A stretch of 64,000 bases of DNA from an uncultured Acidimicrobiaceae bacterium (lineage in GTDB: Bacteria > Actinomycetota > Acidimicrobiia > Acidimicrobiales > Bog-793), in the NCBI GenBank assembly GCA_963849105.1, contig CAWKGD010000002.1, positions 33,067 through 97,066 of the forward strand, written 5' to 3'. The position numbers and the translations under genes were made by a program. How positions within the stretch are numbered: the first letter of the stretch is position 1; every line of letters begins with the position of its first letter. Below, piece by piece: positions 18,942 through 27,404 of this stretch. The notes below the pieces were generated by a model. That model saw only the letters and a program-made list of their open reading frames with translations. It did not search any database and was not told the DNA's origin.

Positions 18942-20147
18942 GTGCTCCGTTTCCTCACCGCCGGGGAATCGCACGGGAGGGCTCTCGTCGTCATCGTCGA
19001 GGGGCTCCCTGCCGGCCTGCGCGTCTCCGCGGAGGCGATCTCGGACGAGCTCGCCAGGCGCCGCCTCGGTTACGGGCGCGGACCGCGCATGCGCTTCGAG
19101 CGCGATGAACTGACGCTTCTGGGCGGCGTGCGCCATGGGCGCACCCTCGGCTCGCCGGTCGCGATCGAGATCGCCAACACCGAGTGGGCGAAGTGGGAAC
19201 AAGAGATGTCTCCGGAGCCGGGCGCGCCGGCGCGCGAGCTCAGCACACCGCGGCCCGGCCACGCGGACCTCGCCGGCATGTTGAAGTACGGCTTTTCCGA
19301 CGCCCGCGACGTCCTCGAGCGCGCCTCGGCGCGCGAGACGGCGGCGCGCGTCGCGGCGGGGGGACTCGCGAAGGCGCTCCTTCAAGAGATCGGCGTCGCA
19401 GTTTTGAGCCACGTCGTCGCGATGGGCTCGGTGAAGGCCGCACCAGGGCTGCGGCCCGCACCGGGAGATCTCGAGGGGGTCGACGCGTCCGAGGTGCGCT
19501 GTTTCGACGCCGACGCCGAGCAGAAGATGATCGCCGAGATCAAAGAGGCGGCGAAGGACGGCGACTCGCTCGGCGGCGCCGCCGAGGTGCTCGCCTACGG
19601 GGTGCCGGTCGGCCTCGGAAGCCATGTCCAGTGGGACCGCAAACTCGACGGATTGCTCGCGCAGGCGGTGATGAGCATCCCGGCGGTGAAAGCGGTCGAG
19701 ATCGGCGAGGCATTCGCGATCGCGGAACGGCGCGGCTCGGAGTCGCACGACGCGATCGAGTGGGACGGCTCGGCGAAGCGCTACTCGCGACCGACCTCGC
19801 GGGCGGGTGGGATCGAGGGCGGGATCTCGAACGGCTCGTTGATCGCCGTGCGCGCGGTCATGAAGCCGCTCTCGACGCTCTCGCGGCCCGTCATCCCGAC
19901 GGTCGACACGAAGACGAAGGAATCGACGGTCTCTTTCAAAGAGCGCACCGACGTGACGTCGGTGCCGGCGATGGGCGTCGTCGCCGAGACGATGGTCGCG
20001 CTCGTGCTCGCCTCCGAGGCGCTCCGCAAGTTCGGCGGCGACTCGGTCGCCGAATTCGTCCGCAACCATGCAAACTTCGAAGCCGCGACGCACGAGACGC
20101 CGTCGGCGGCGCCCGAGCTCACCGTCGTGCCCGAAGTCGGGACGTGA
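18942..20147 (+). CDS. aroC: chorismate synthase
   Basis: LRFLTAGESHG, PRPGHADL, ERASARETA, GGIEGGISNG. Confidence 0.97.
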   Translation: MLRFLTAGESHGRALVVIVEGLPAGLRVSAEAISDELARRRLGYGRGPRMRFERDELTLLGGVRHGRTLGSPVAIEIANTEWAKWEQEMSPEPGAPARELSTPRPGHADLAGMLKYGFSDARDVLERASARETAARVAAGGLAKALLQEIGVAVLSHVVAMGSVKAAPGLRPAPGDLEGVDASEVRCFDADAEQKMIAEIKEAAKDGDSLGGAAEVLAYGVPVGLGSHVQWDRKLDGLLAQAVMSIPAVKAVEIGEAFAIAERRGSESHDAIEWDGSAKRYSRPTSRAGGIEGGISNGSLIAVRAVMKPLSTLSRPVIPTVDTKTKESTVSFKERTDVTSVPAMGVVAETMVALVLASEALRKFGGDSVAEFVRNHANFEAATHETPSAAPELTVVPEVGT

Positions 20148-21720
20148 TGGGGTTTCCCGATCCGCGCGGGCGCCGCCACATCGTGCTCGTCGGGATGATG
20201 GGCGCCGGCAAGACGTCAACTGGTCGACGTCTTGCCGCGCTGTTGCAGCGGAAGTTCGTCGACACCGACGCGGTGATCGAGACCGAGTCCCAGATGACGA
20301 TCGGTGAGCTGTTCCAACGTGACGGCGAGCAGGCGTTCCGGGTGATCGAGCGCCGGGTGTTCGCCGACGCGCTCTCGTCAACCGAGCCGTCGGTGATCGC
20401 CACTGGTGGCGGCGCGGTCTTGGACGACGAGATCCGAAAGCGCGTCGCGCAAGAGGGCGAAGTCGTCTGGCTGCGTGCGCGGACCGCGACGCTTGCCGAG
20501 CGGGTCGAAGGGATCCCGGAGCGACCGCTGCTCGGCGAGGACGCGCACGCCACCCTCGCCGACTTGGAGCCGCAGCGACGGCCGCTCTACGAGCAGGTGG
20601 CGAGTTCGGTCATCGACGTCGACGACCTCGATCCCGAAGCGACGGTGACGGCGGTCATCCGCGCCATCCAACGGCGCGTCGACGTCCTGACGGCGCAGCG
20701 GAGCTACCCGGTCATCGTCGGCCCGGGTGCCCGTCACCTCCTCCGGGAGTTCGTCCCGCCAAGGGCGCGCACGGCGGCGATCGTCACCCAAGCCGGACTG
20801 AACATCTCTGTCGTCCCCGGCATCGAAGAGGCCGAGTTCGTCATCGGCCTCGGCGAGCAGGCGAAGTCGCTCGAGACGATCGAAGAGCTCTGTCGGGGCT
20901 TTGCCCGGGCGGGGATGCACCGTGACGACGTCGTCGTCGCGCTCGGCGGCGGCGTCGTGACCGACGTATCGGGGTTCGCCGCGGCGTGTTTCCATCGCGG
21001 CCTGGCGGTGATCCACGTCGCGACGACCCTCCTTGCGCAGATCGACGCGGCGATCGGTGGCAAGACGGGCGTCAACCTGCCGGAGGGAAAGAACCTCGTC
21101 GGTGCGTACTGGCAGCCCCTGGCGGTCGTCTGTGACACCGATCTGCTGGCGTCGCTTCCCGATGCCGAGTGGGTCTCGGGATTGGGTGAGATGGCGAAGT
21201 ACGAGCTGCTGGGGCTCGGCAATCTCGGCGACTTGCCGCTCCCCGATCGGGTCGCGTCGTGCGTGGCGATGAAGGCGGAGTACGTCTCGGCCGACGAACG
21301 CGACGGCGACAGGAGGCGGCTGCTGAACTACGGTCACACGCTCGCCCACGCCCTCGAGGCCGAGCACTTCGGCGCCGACGGTGGTCACATCCGCCACGGC
21401 GAGGCCGTCGCCATCGGGCTCGTCTTCGCCGCCCGGCTCGCCCGCGTTTTGGGCCGGGTCGACGACGACGCCGTCGCGCACCACGTCGCCGTCGTCGAGG
21501 GTTACGGACTGCCGAGCGCGCTTCCCACCGGGGTCGACCTCAGCCGGCTCGTCGAGTTCATGGAGCGCGACAAGAAGGGCGGCGAGGGCCTCACCTTCGT
21601 GCTCGACGGTCCGCAAGGCTTCGCCGTTGTGAGCGGGGTCGAAGAAAACGCCGTCCGCGAGGCGCTCGCCGAGTCCCGGGCGGCCGAAGCCGTCGCCGGC
21701 CCGCCGGGGGGACGCGATGA
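20147..21720 (+). CDS. aroKB: bifunctional shikimate kinase / 3-dehydroquinate synthase; as assembled it has no in-frame stop at its expected end
   Basis: GMMGAGKT P-loop, GEQAFR, ATGGG; then GGGVVTD, TTLLAQIDAAIGGKTGVN, LNYGHTLAHALE, HGEAV. End placed at the TGA of the ATGA overlap with aroQ, which is one base out of frame. Confidence 0.88.
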
Positions 21721-22175
21721 GTCTCCCGGTCGTGTTGTTGTTGTCGGGGCCGAACCTCGCGCTGCTCGGCGAACGCGAACCCGCCGTCTATGGCACAGAG
21801 ACCCTCGCCGAGCACGTCGAACGGGCCGAGAAGGTCGCCGCCCGCCTCGGTGCGGCGCTCGAGCACGTCCAGTCCGACAGCGAAGCGGGCCTCGTCGAAG
21901 CGGTGCACCGGGCGAGGGATCGCGTCGCGGCGATCGTTGTCAACGCCGGGGCGCTGTCGCATTACGGTTGGTCGTTGCACGACGCGCTTGGCGCGTTTTC
22001 TGGTCCGATCATCGAGGTACACCTGTCGAACCCGCTTGCGCGCGAGCGATGGAGACACGCATCGGTGATTGCTCCGGTCGCCGACGGGTACGTCGCGGGT
22101 ATGGGGGGGTTCGGCTACGAGCTGGCGGTCATGGCTGCCGCTCGGATGCTCGATCTGTCAGGAGAGGATTCCTAG
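21717..22175 (+). CDS. aroQ: type II 3-dehydroquinate dehydratase
   Basis: GPNLALLGEREPAVYG, NAGALSH, IEVHLSN..ARE.WRH.S. Confidence 0.95.
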   Translation: MSLPVVLLLSGPNLALLGEREPAVYGTETLAEHVERAEKVAARLGAALEHVQSDSEAGLVEAVHRARDRVAAIVVNAGALSHYGWSLHDALGAFSGPIIEVHLSNPLARERWRHASVIAPVADGYVAGMGGFGYELAVMAAARMLDLSGEDS

Positions 22176-23320
22176 TGGTCGTCGAAGTGATCGCTGATCC
22201 AAAGCGCGCGCGCAAGAAGGCACCCGGGCGCGAGCTGCCGCCGATGGAGGTAGCAAAGCGCCTCGGCAAGTTGCGCCACCGTCTCGAACAAGAGCACTTG
22301 GGTGGGTTGCTCGTCACCGCGCTGGCGAATGTCCGATACCTGACGGGGTTCTCGGGGTCGGCGGCGATGCTGCTCGTCACCCCGTCGCGGGTGCTGTTCC
22401 TCACCGACGGCCGGTACAAGGACCAGTCGGCGGCGCAGCTTTCCGCGGCCGGCGTCGAGGCGGACCTCGTCGTCGGCAAGAACGCCGACCAGCTGAAAGC
22501 GCTCGAGCGCTCGACTAAGGCGCTCAAGCGCGTCGGTTTGGAGGCCGACGCAGCGTCCTGGAAGTTCGCAACGCGCCTTTCCGAGCAGCTGGCACCGGAG
22601 ATATCGGCGACGTCTGGGCTCGTCGAAGCGCTCCGGGCCGTGAAGGACGCCGGCGAGGTGGCGCGCATCGAGCGTGCCTGTGACATCGCCGACGTCGCCC
22701 TCGCGCAGACGAAGGAGCGACTGAAGCACGGCGTCACCGAAGAGGAGTTCGCAGCCGAGCTCGACTATGAGATGCGCAAGCGCGGCGCCGCGTCGCTGGG
22801 ATTCGACACGATCGTCGCCTGCGGTCCGAACGCCGCGCTGCCGCACCACCAACCGACCGATCGGGCGATCGTCGAAGGGGAGCTCATCGTCATCGACTTC
22901 GGCGCCTGTTTCGACGGATACCGCTCCGACATGACTCGCACCGTGTGCATCGGGGAGCCGAAAGGTGTCGCGGCGGAGGTCCTCGACGCGGTCGCCGCAT
23001 CGCAACGGGCAGGCCTGCTTGCCGTGAAGGCGGGCGTGCGCGCCGGCGACGTCGACAGGGCCTGCCGTGAGTCGCTCGCCGAGGCCGGGTATGCCGAAGC
23101 ATTCAGCCATTCGACCGGCCACGGCGTCGGCCTCGACATCCACGAGGCTCCGACCGTTGCCGACGGCAGCGAGGACGTGTTGGAAGCAGGAACGGTGATC
23201 ACCGTCGAACCCGGTGTCTATCTCCCCGGCGAAACGGGTGCGCGCATCGAGGACACCGTCGTCGTGACGACATCAGGTTGCCGCCCGCTGACAAAGACGA
23301 CGAAGGATGCGGTGATCTGA
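22175..23320 (+). CDS. pepQ: Xaa-Pro peptidase (M24B)
   Basis: NVRYLTGFSGS, TDGRY, ALPHH, DFGA...GYRSDMTRT, HSTGHGVGLDIHE, TVEPGVY, RIED; GGAGAGG before GTG 22175. Confidence 0.9.
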   Translation: MVVEVIADPKRARKKAPGRELPPMEVAKRLGKLRHRLEQEHLGGLLVTALANVRYLTGFSGSAAMLLVTPSRVLFLTDGRYKDQSAAQLSAAGVEADLVVGKNADQLKALERSTKALKRVGLEADAASWKFATRLSEQLAPEISATSGLVEALRAVKDAGEVARIERACDIADVALAQTKERLKHGVTEEEFAAELDYEMRKRGAASLGFDTIVACGPNAALPHHQPTDRAIVEGELIVIDFGACFDGYRSDMTRTVCIGEPKGVAAEVLDAVAASQRAGLLAVKAGVRAGDVDRACRESLAEAGYAEAFSHSTGHGVGLDIHEAPTVADGSEDVLEAGTVITVEPGVYLPGETGARIEDTVVVTTSGCRPLTKTTKDAVI

Positions 23321-23880
23321 TGGCGATCTCGACGAACGACTTGAAAAACGGGATGGCGCTCGATCTCCCAGACGGTCTGTACGCGGTCGTCGAGTTCCAG
23401 CATGTGAAGCCCGGCAAGGGTGGCGCGTTCGTGCGGACGAAGCTGCGCAACATGCGGACGAAGGCGGTCTTGGAGCGGACCTTCCGCGCCGACGAACGTG
23501 TCGAGCAGGCGGTCATCGACAAGCGCGAGATGCAGTACCTCTACCGCGACGGCGCCGACTTCGTACTCATGGACAACGTCTCGTTCGACCAGATGACGGT
23601 CCCCGAGTCCTCTGTCGGCGAGGCGGCGAACTTTTTGAAGGCCGGTGACTCGGTGGTCGTCGTCTTGTACGGGACCGAGATCGTCGACATCGAGCTGCCC
23701 GCCGCGGTCGAGCTGGAGGTGACCGAGACCGAACCGGGAATGCAGGGGGATCGCGTCTCGGGTGCCCGCAAACCGGCAACGACCGAGACCGGACTCGTCG
23801 TCCAGGTCCCGCTCTTCATCAGCATCGGGGAGCGCATCAAAGTCGACACGCGCTCTGGTGAGTACCTCACGCGCGCGTAG
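23320..23880 (+). CDS. efp: elongation factor P
   Basis: ISTNDLKNG, HVKPGKGGAFVRTKL, TEPG.QGD, VDTRSGEY. Confidence 0.97.
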   Translation: MAISTNDLKNGMALDLPDGLYAVVEFQHVKPGKGGAFVRTKLRNMRTKAVLERTFRADERVEQAVIDKREMQYLYRDGADFVLMDNVSFDQMTVPESSVGEAANFLKAGDSVVVVLYGTEIVDIELPAAVELEVTETEPGMQGDRVSGARKPATTETGLVVQVPLFISIGERIKVDTRSGEYLTRA

Positions 23881-24286
23881 GGGACAGGAACCCACCCCCA
23901 GCGAGCGGCGCGCCGCGCGTGAGCGCGCGCTCGACCTTTTATACGAATCAGAAGCGAAGGACACGACACCGAGCGAAGTGCTCGCTGCCTTGCCGGTCGA
24001 ACCTGATCCTTTCGCCGAAGAGCTCGTGCGGGGCGTCGAAGGTGATCTCGAGACGATCGACGCGTTGATCGCCAAGCACGCCGAAGGGTGGGCGGTCGAT
24101 CGGATGCCGGCCGTCGACCGGCAGCTGATGCGGATCGCGACCTACGAGTTGATCGCGCGGCTCGACGTGAGTCGGGCCGTTGTCATCGACGAAGCGGTCG
24201 ATTTGGCGAAGGACTTCTCGACGGCGGAGTCCGGTGCCTACGTGAACGGTGTGCTCTCCGCGATCGCCGACGAGCTCGGCCGATGA
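23858..24286 (+). CDS. nusB: transcription antitermination factor NusB
   Basis: RRAARERALDLLYE, W..DRMPAVDR, VVIDEAVDLAK, YVNGVL; start approximate. Confidence 0.93.
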   Translation: MSTSRARRGQEPTPSERRAARERALDLLYESEAKDTTPSEVLAALPVEPDPFAEELVRGVEGDLETIDALIAKHAEGWAVDRMPAVDRQLMRIATYELIARLDVSRAVVIDEAVDLAKDFSTAESGAYVNGVLSAIADELGR

Positions 24287-25380
24287 CTAGCAACGACGCC
24301 TACGCCGACTCGGGCGTCGACTACACGGTCTTGGACGAGGGAAAGCGTCGCGCGCTGACCGCGGCGCGGGCGACTGCGCAAAATGCCGTTGGGCGCGGAG
24401 CGGTCGTTGACCCATCGAGTTACGGCGAACCGGCGGCGATCGTCCACGTCGGCGACGAGGATTTCGCCTTCGTGCTCGAATGCCTCGGCACGAAGTCGCT
24501 TGTCGCGAGCGAGGTCGAGGCCGAGCTCGGGATCGACCGCTTCGCGGACGTCGGATACGACACCGTGGCGGCGGCGGTGAACGACTGCGCGTCCATCGGC
24601 GCCCTTCCCCTCGTCGTCAACGCCTACTTCGCGGCCGGGCCGGACTTCTACGAGACCGGGCGCCACGTGTCACTCGTCGAGGGATTCCGTCTCGCCTGCG
24701 ACCAGGCGGGCGCGGCGTGGGGTGGAGGTGAGTCGCCGACGCTCGCTGGACTTGTCGCCGACGGCGCCGTCGACCTCGCCGCGGCTGTTCTCGGAAAGCT
24801 GCCGAGGGGGCGGGCGCCGCTGCTCGGCGGAGCGCTCGAAGCGGGCGATGTGATCGTGCTCGTCGCGTCGAGCGGCCTCCACCAAAACGGCGCCTCGCTC
24901 GCCCGCCGTGTCGCGCAGCAGGACCCGGCGTCGTGGTCGACGAAGCTGGGGTCTGGGCGCGCGCTCGGCGAGGCGGTTTTGGACCGTGGCCTCATCTACG
25001 TCGGACTGATGGAGGCGCTTTACGCGGTCGGCGTCGTCCCGCACTACGCGAGCCACATCACCGGACACGGGTGGCGAAAGCTGATGCGTGCCGATCGCGA
25101 GCTCACCTACCGGATCGACATGCTTCCCGAAGTGCCCGATGTCCTGGCGTTCCTGGTCGAGCGGGCGGGACTCGAACCGTCTGAGGCGTACGCGACGTTC
25201 AACATGGGCGCCGGCCTCGCACTCTTTGTCGCCGAGGGCGCGGCGGGAGAAGTGGTCGACGTCGCGCGCTCGGTCGGGATTCCGGCGCACGCGGCGGGTC
25301 GGGTGCAGGAGGGTGCGCGCCGGGTCCTCATCGCGCCGCTCGGCATCGAGTACGCATCAGACAGTCTCGAGATCCGCTAA
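24283..25380 (+). CDS. purM: phosphoribosylformylglycinamidine cyclo-ligase (AIR synthase), divergent type
   Basis: YADSGVD, LGTK, VND, GGESP, SSGLHQNGASLAR, HITGHG, TFNMGAG. Confidence 0.82.
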   Translation: MTSNDAYADSGVDYTVLDEGKRRALTAARATAQNAVGRGAVVDPSSYGEPAAIVHVGDEDFAFVLECLGTKSLVASEVEAELGIDRFADVGYDTVAAAVNDCASIGALPLVVNAYFAAGPDFYETGRHVSLVEGFRLACDQAGAAWGGGESPTLAGLVADGAVDLAAAVLGKLPRGRAPLLGGALEAGDVIVLVASSGLHQNGASLARRVAQQDPASWSTKLGSGRALGEAVLDRGLIYVGLMEALYAVGVVPHYASHITGHGWRKLMRADRELTYRIDMLPEVPDVLAFLVERAGLEPSEAYATFNMGAGLALFVAEGAAGEVVDVARSVGIPAHAAGRVQEGARRVLIAPLGIEYASDSLEIR

Positions 25381-25406
25381 CGAATCGGGTCCGCGAGGAG
25401 AGTCAA

Positions 25407-25778
25407 ATGTCAGAGACGGACTACGTCATCAACATGGAGCCGCTTTATTCCGCGCTCGAGCGATTCGACGTCGACCAGATCGTCACCGGCGTCGACGCGC
25501 CCTGGTGGAACCAGACGTTGATCGGCATCGGCGACGACCTCGTCCGCCTCGGCGTGTTCGAAGGGCAGTATCACTGGCACAAACACGACGACCAGGACGA
25601 GTTCTTCTTCGTGCTCGACGGCGCGATGCGCATCGAGCTCGAAGGTCATGACCCCGCCGAGCTCCGCAAGCACCAGGGCTTTTCTGTCCCGAAGGGCCTC
25701 AAGCACCGACCTGTCGTGCCGACGCGGTCGGTCGTTCTGATGATCGAGAAGGCGAGCATCGTTCCGACGGGAGACTGA
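25407..25778 (+). CDS. cupin-domain protein
   Basis: YHWHKHDDQDEFFFVLDG...VPKGLKHRP; GAGGAG RBS. Confidence 0.88.
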   Translation: MSETDYVINMEPLYSALERFDVDQIVTGVDAPWWNQTLIGIGDDLVRLGVFEGQYHWHKHDDQDEFFFVLDGAMRIELEGHDPAELRKHQGFSVPKGLKHRPVVPTRSVVLMIEKASIVPTGD

Positions 25779-26453
25779 TCAGCTCACGCGGCGGACCTCT
25801 GCGGACTCGTCCTCGCGCAGCGCGGCGATTCCGTGGCGCGGCACGATGATCTCGTCGATCAGCCCATAACTTCGTGCTTCTTCGGGCGTCAAGAAGTAGT
25901 CGCGTTCGATGTCGCGCTTCACTTCTTCGACGGGCTTTCCGGAGTGGAAAGCGATGATCTCCGCCATCCGCTGGGTGAGCGAGAGCACTTCGCGCAGCTG
26001 GATCTCCATGTCGGTCGGCGCGCCCCGCGTCCCGGCGTGTCCTTGGTGGATCATCACCTTCGACGAGGGCAGCGCGAAGCGCTTCCCCCTCGCCCCACCG
26101 CACAACACCATCGCCGCAGCGGACATCGCCATGCCGACGGAGGTCGTCGAGACGTCGCAGCGGACGTGCTGCATCACGTCGTAGATCGCCATACCGGCGT
26201 ACGCCGCTCCGCCCGGGGAATTGATGTAGAGCGTGATGTCCTTTTCGGGATCTTCTGCTTCCAGGTAGAGCATCTCGGCGATGATCAGGTTGGCGACGTC
26301 ATCGTCGATCTCGCTTCCGAGAAACACGATGCGTTCTTTCAACAGCAACGAGAAGATGTCGAAGACGCGTTCACCGCGTCCCGACGACTCGATGACCGTC
26401 GGGATGATGGAGCGGAGTTGGGAACAGGCGGCGGAATCCCGTGTCGTTGGCAT
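25779..26453 (-). CDS. clpP: ATP-dependent Clp protease proteolytic subunit (intact triad)
   Basis: IPTVIE, DIFSLLLKERIVFL, YINSPGG, GMAMSAAA (Ser), MIHQ (His), ERDYF (Asp). Confidence 0.94.
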   Translation of the reverse strand: MPTTRDSAACSQLRSIIPTVIESSGRGERVFDIFSLLLKERIVFLGSEIDDDVANLIIAEMLYLEAEDPEKDITLYINSPGGAAYAGMAIYDVMQHVRCDVSTTSVGMAMSAAAMVLCGGARGKRFALPSSKVMIHQGHAGTRGAPTDMEIQLREVLSLTQRMAEIIAFHSGKPVEEVKRDIERDYFLTPEEARSYGLIDEIIVPRHGIAALREDESAEVRRVS

Positions 26454-26463
26454 CTCGGTTATG

Positions 26464-26483
26464 ATATCTCAGATATGAGATAT
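26464..26483. promoter_or_regulatory. perfect inverted repeat ATATCTCA-N4-TGAGATAT, probable XRE operator overlapping divergent -10 boxes
   Basis: AT-rich palindrome in the 49-nt gap between clpP and the HTH gene; overlaps TATCAT (- strand, 7 nt before the clpP ATG) and TATGAT (+ strand). Confidence 0.75.
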
Positions 26484-26502
26484 GCGACGCGGGTCGTGCT
26501 CG

Positions 26503-26775
26503 ATGGCTGATGCAGCGCGCAAGCGCCGGCTGCCGGGCTTCAAGGAGATGGCCGAACGCCAGCGTGAGCTCGGCGCCGAGTTCGCACTGCGACGCCAGGC
26601 GCTCGGGCTCTCCCAGACCGAAGTCGCAGCGCGGATGGGAACCTCGCAGTCGGCCGTGGCGCGTCTCGAGGCGGGCGCGCTCGACGTGCGGCTTTCGACG
26701 CTCGCCCGCTATGCCCAGGCACTCGGCGACGACGTCGACGTGCGCCTTCTCGGGCGAGACGCAAAGCGCCGATGA
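26503..26775 (+). CDS. XRE-family (HTH_3) transcriptional regulator
   Basis: RRQALGLSQTEVAARMGTSQSAVARLEAG..DVRLSTLARYAQALG. Confidence 0.9.
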   Translation: MADAARKRRLPGFKEMAERQRELGAEFALRRQALGLSQTEVAARMGTSQSAVARLEAGALDVRLSTLARYAQALGDDVDVRLLGRDAKRR

Positions 26776-27380
26776 ACACGCCGGAATTCTCCGACGCGAT
26801 CCGCGGGCGGCTCTTTGAAGAACGCGTCATCTCGCTCTTCGGCCCGCTCACCGACGAGGCGGTGCCGGAGGTCGCCGGACAGCTCTGGACGCTCGACGCG
26901 ACGGGAGACGATCCGGTGACGCTGATGCTGTCGTGCCGGCAGGGATCCGTGCGCGCGACGCTCGCCCTGGTCGACGCGTTCGACGTCGTCGATGTCGAGG
27001 TGCACGCGACCTGCCTCGGCGCACTCGAGGGTCCCCCGGTCGGAATCCTCGCCGCCTGCTCGCGCCGGCGCGCCGCGCCGAACACGCGGCTGTTCCTGCG
27101 GGACGAGCCGGCATCGATCGACGGGTCGTATCGGACGTTGCAGCAATCCGCCGAGGTGCTCTTCGAGGAGCGGCGACAGCTGCTCGAGCGGCTCGCCGCC
27201 TCGACGAACGGCCGGCGGTCGCTCGGCGACCTCGTGGCCGACTTTGAGAAAGGACGCATCCTCACTGCCGAGGAGGCGATCGCCTACGGCCTGATCGACG
27301 AGGTGACGCCAGAGGTCGACAGGATCGTCGCGTTGCGACGGCAGAACCCAGGGATCGGTTTCAAAAAGCCGCGGCGTTAG
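26772..27380 (+). CDS. non-catalytic ClpP-like protein (ClpR-like) with C-terminal IGF motif
   Basis: ClpP fold (LFEERVISLFG, TAEEAIAYGLIDEV) with triad positions replaced (GALEGPP, FLRDEP, FEKGR); ends PGIGFKKPRR; ATGA overlap with the HTH gene. Confidence 0.82.
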   Translation: MNTPEFSDAIRGRLFEERVISLFGPLTDEAVPEVAGQLWTLDATGDDPVTLMLSCRQGSVRATLALVDAFDVVDVEVHATCLGALEGPPVGILAACSRRRAAPNTRLFLRDEPASIDGSYRTLQQSAEVLFEERRQLLERLAASTNGRRSLGDLVADFEKGRILTAEEAIAYGLIDEVTPEVDRIVALRRQNPGIGFKKPRR

Positions 27381-27404
27381 GGCGCCCTCTCTGAGCGCGG
27401 CTGG

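Noticed and set aside
19184-20146. N-terminal 321 codons of the 1378-aa ORF
   Set aside because: Arg-rich alternative-frame shadow of aroC; real coding in this frame begins at AroK (20147).
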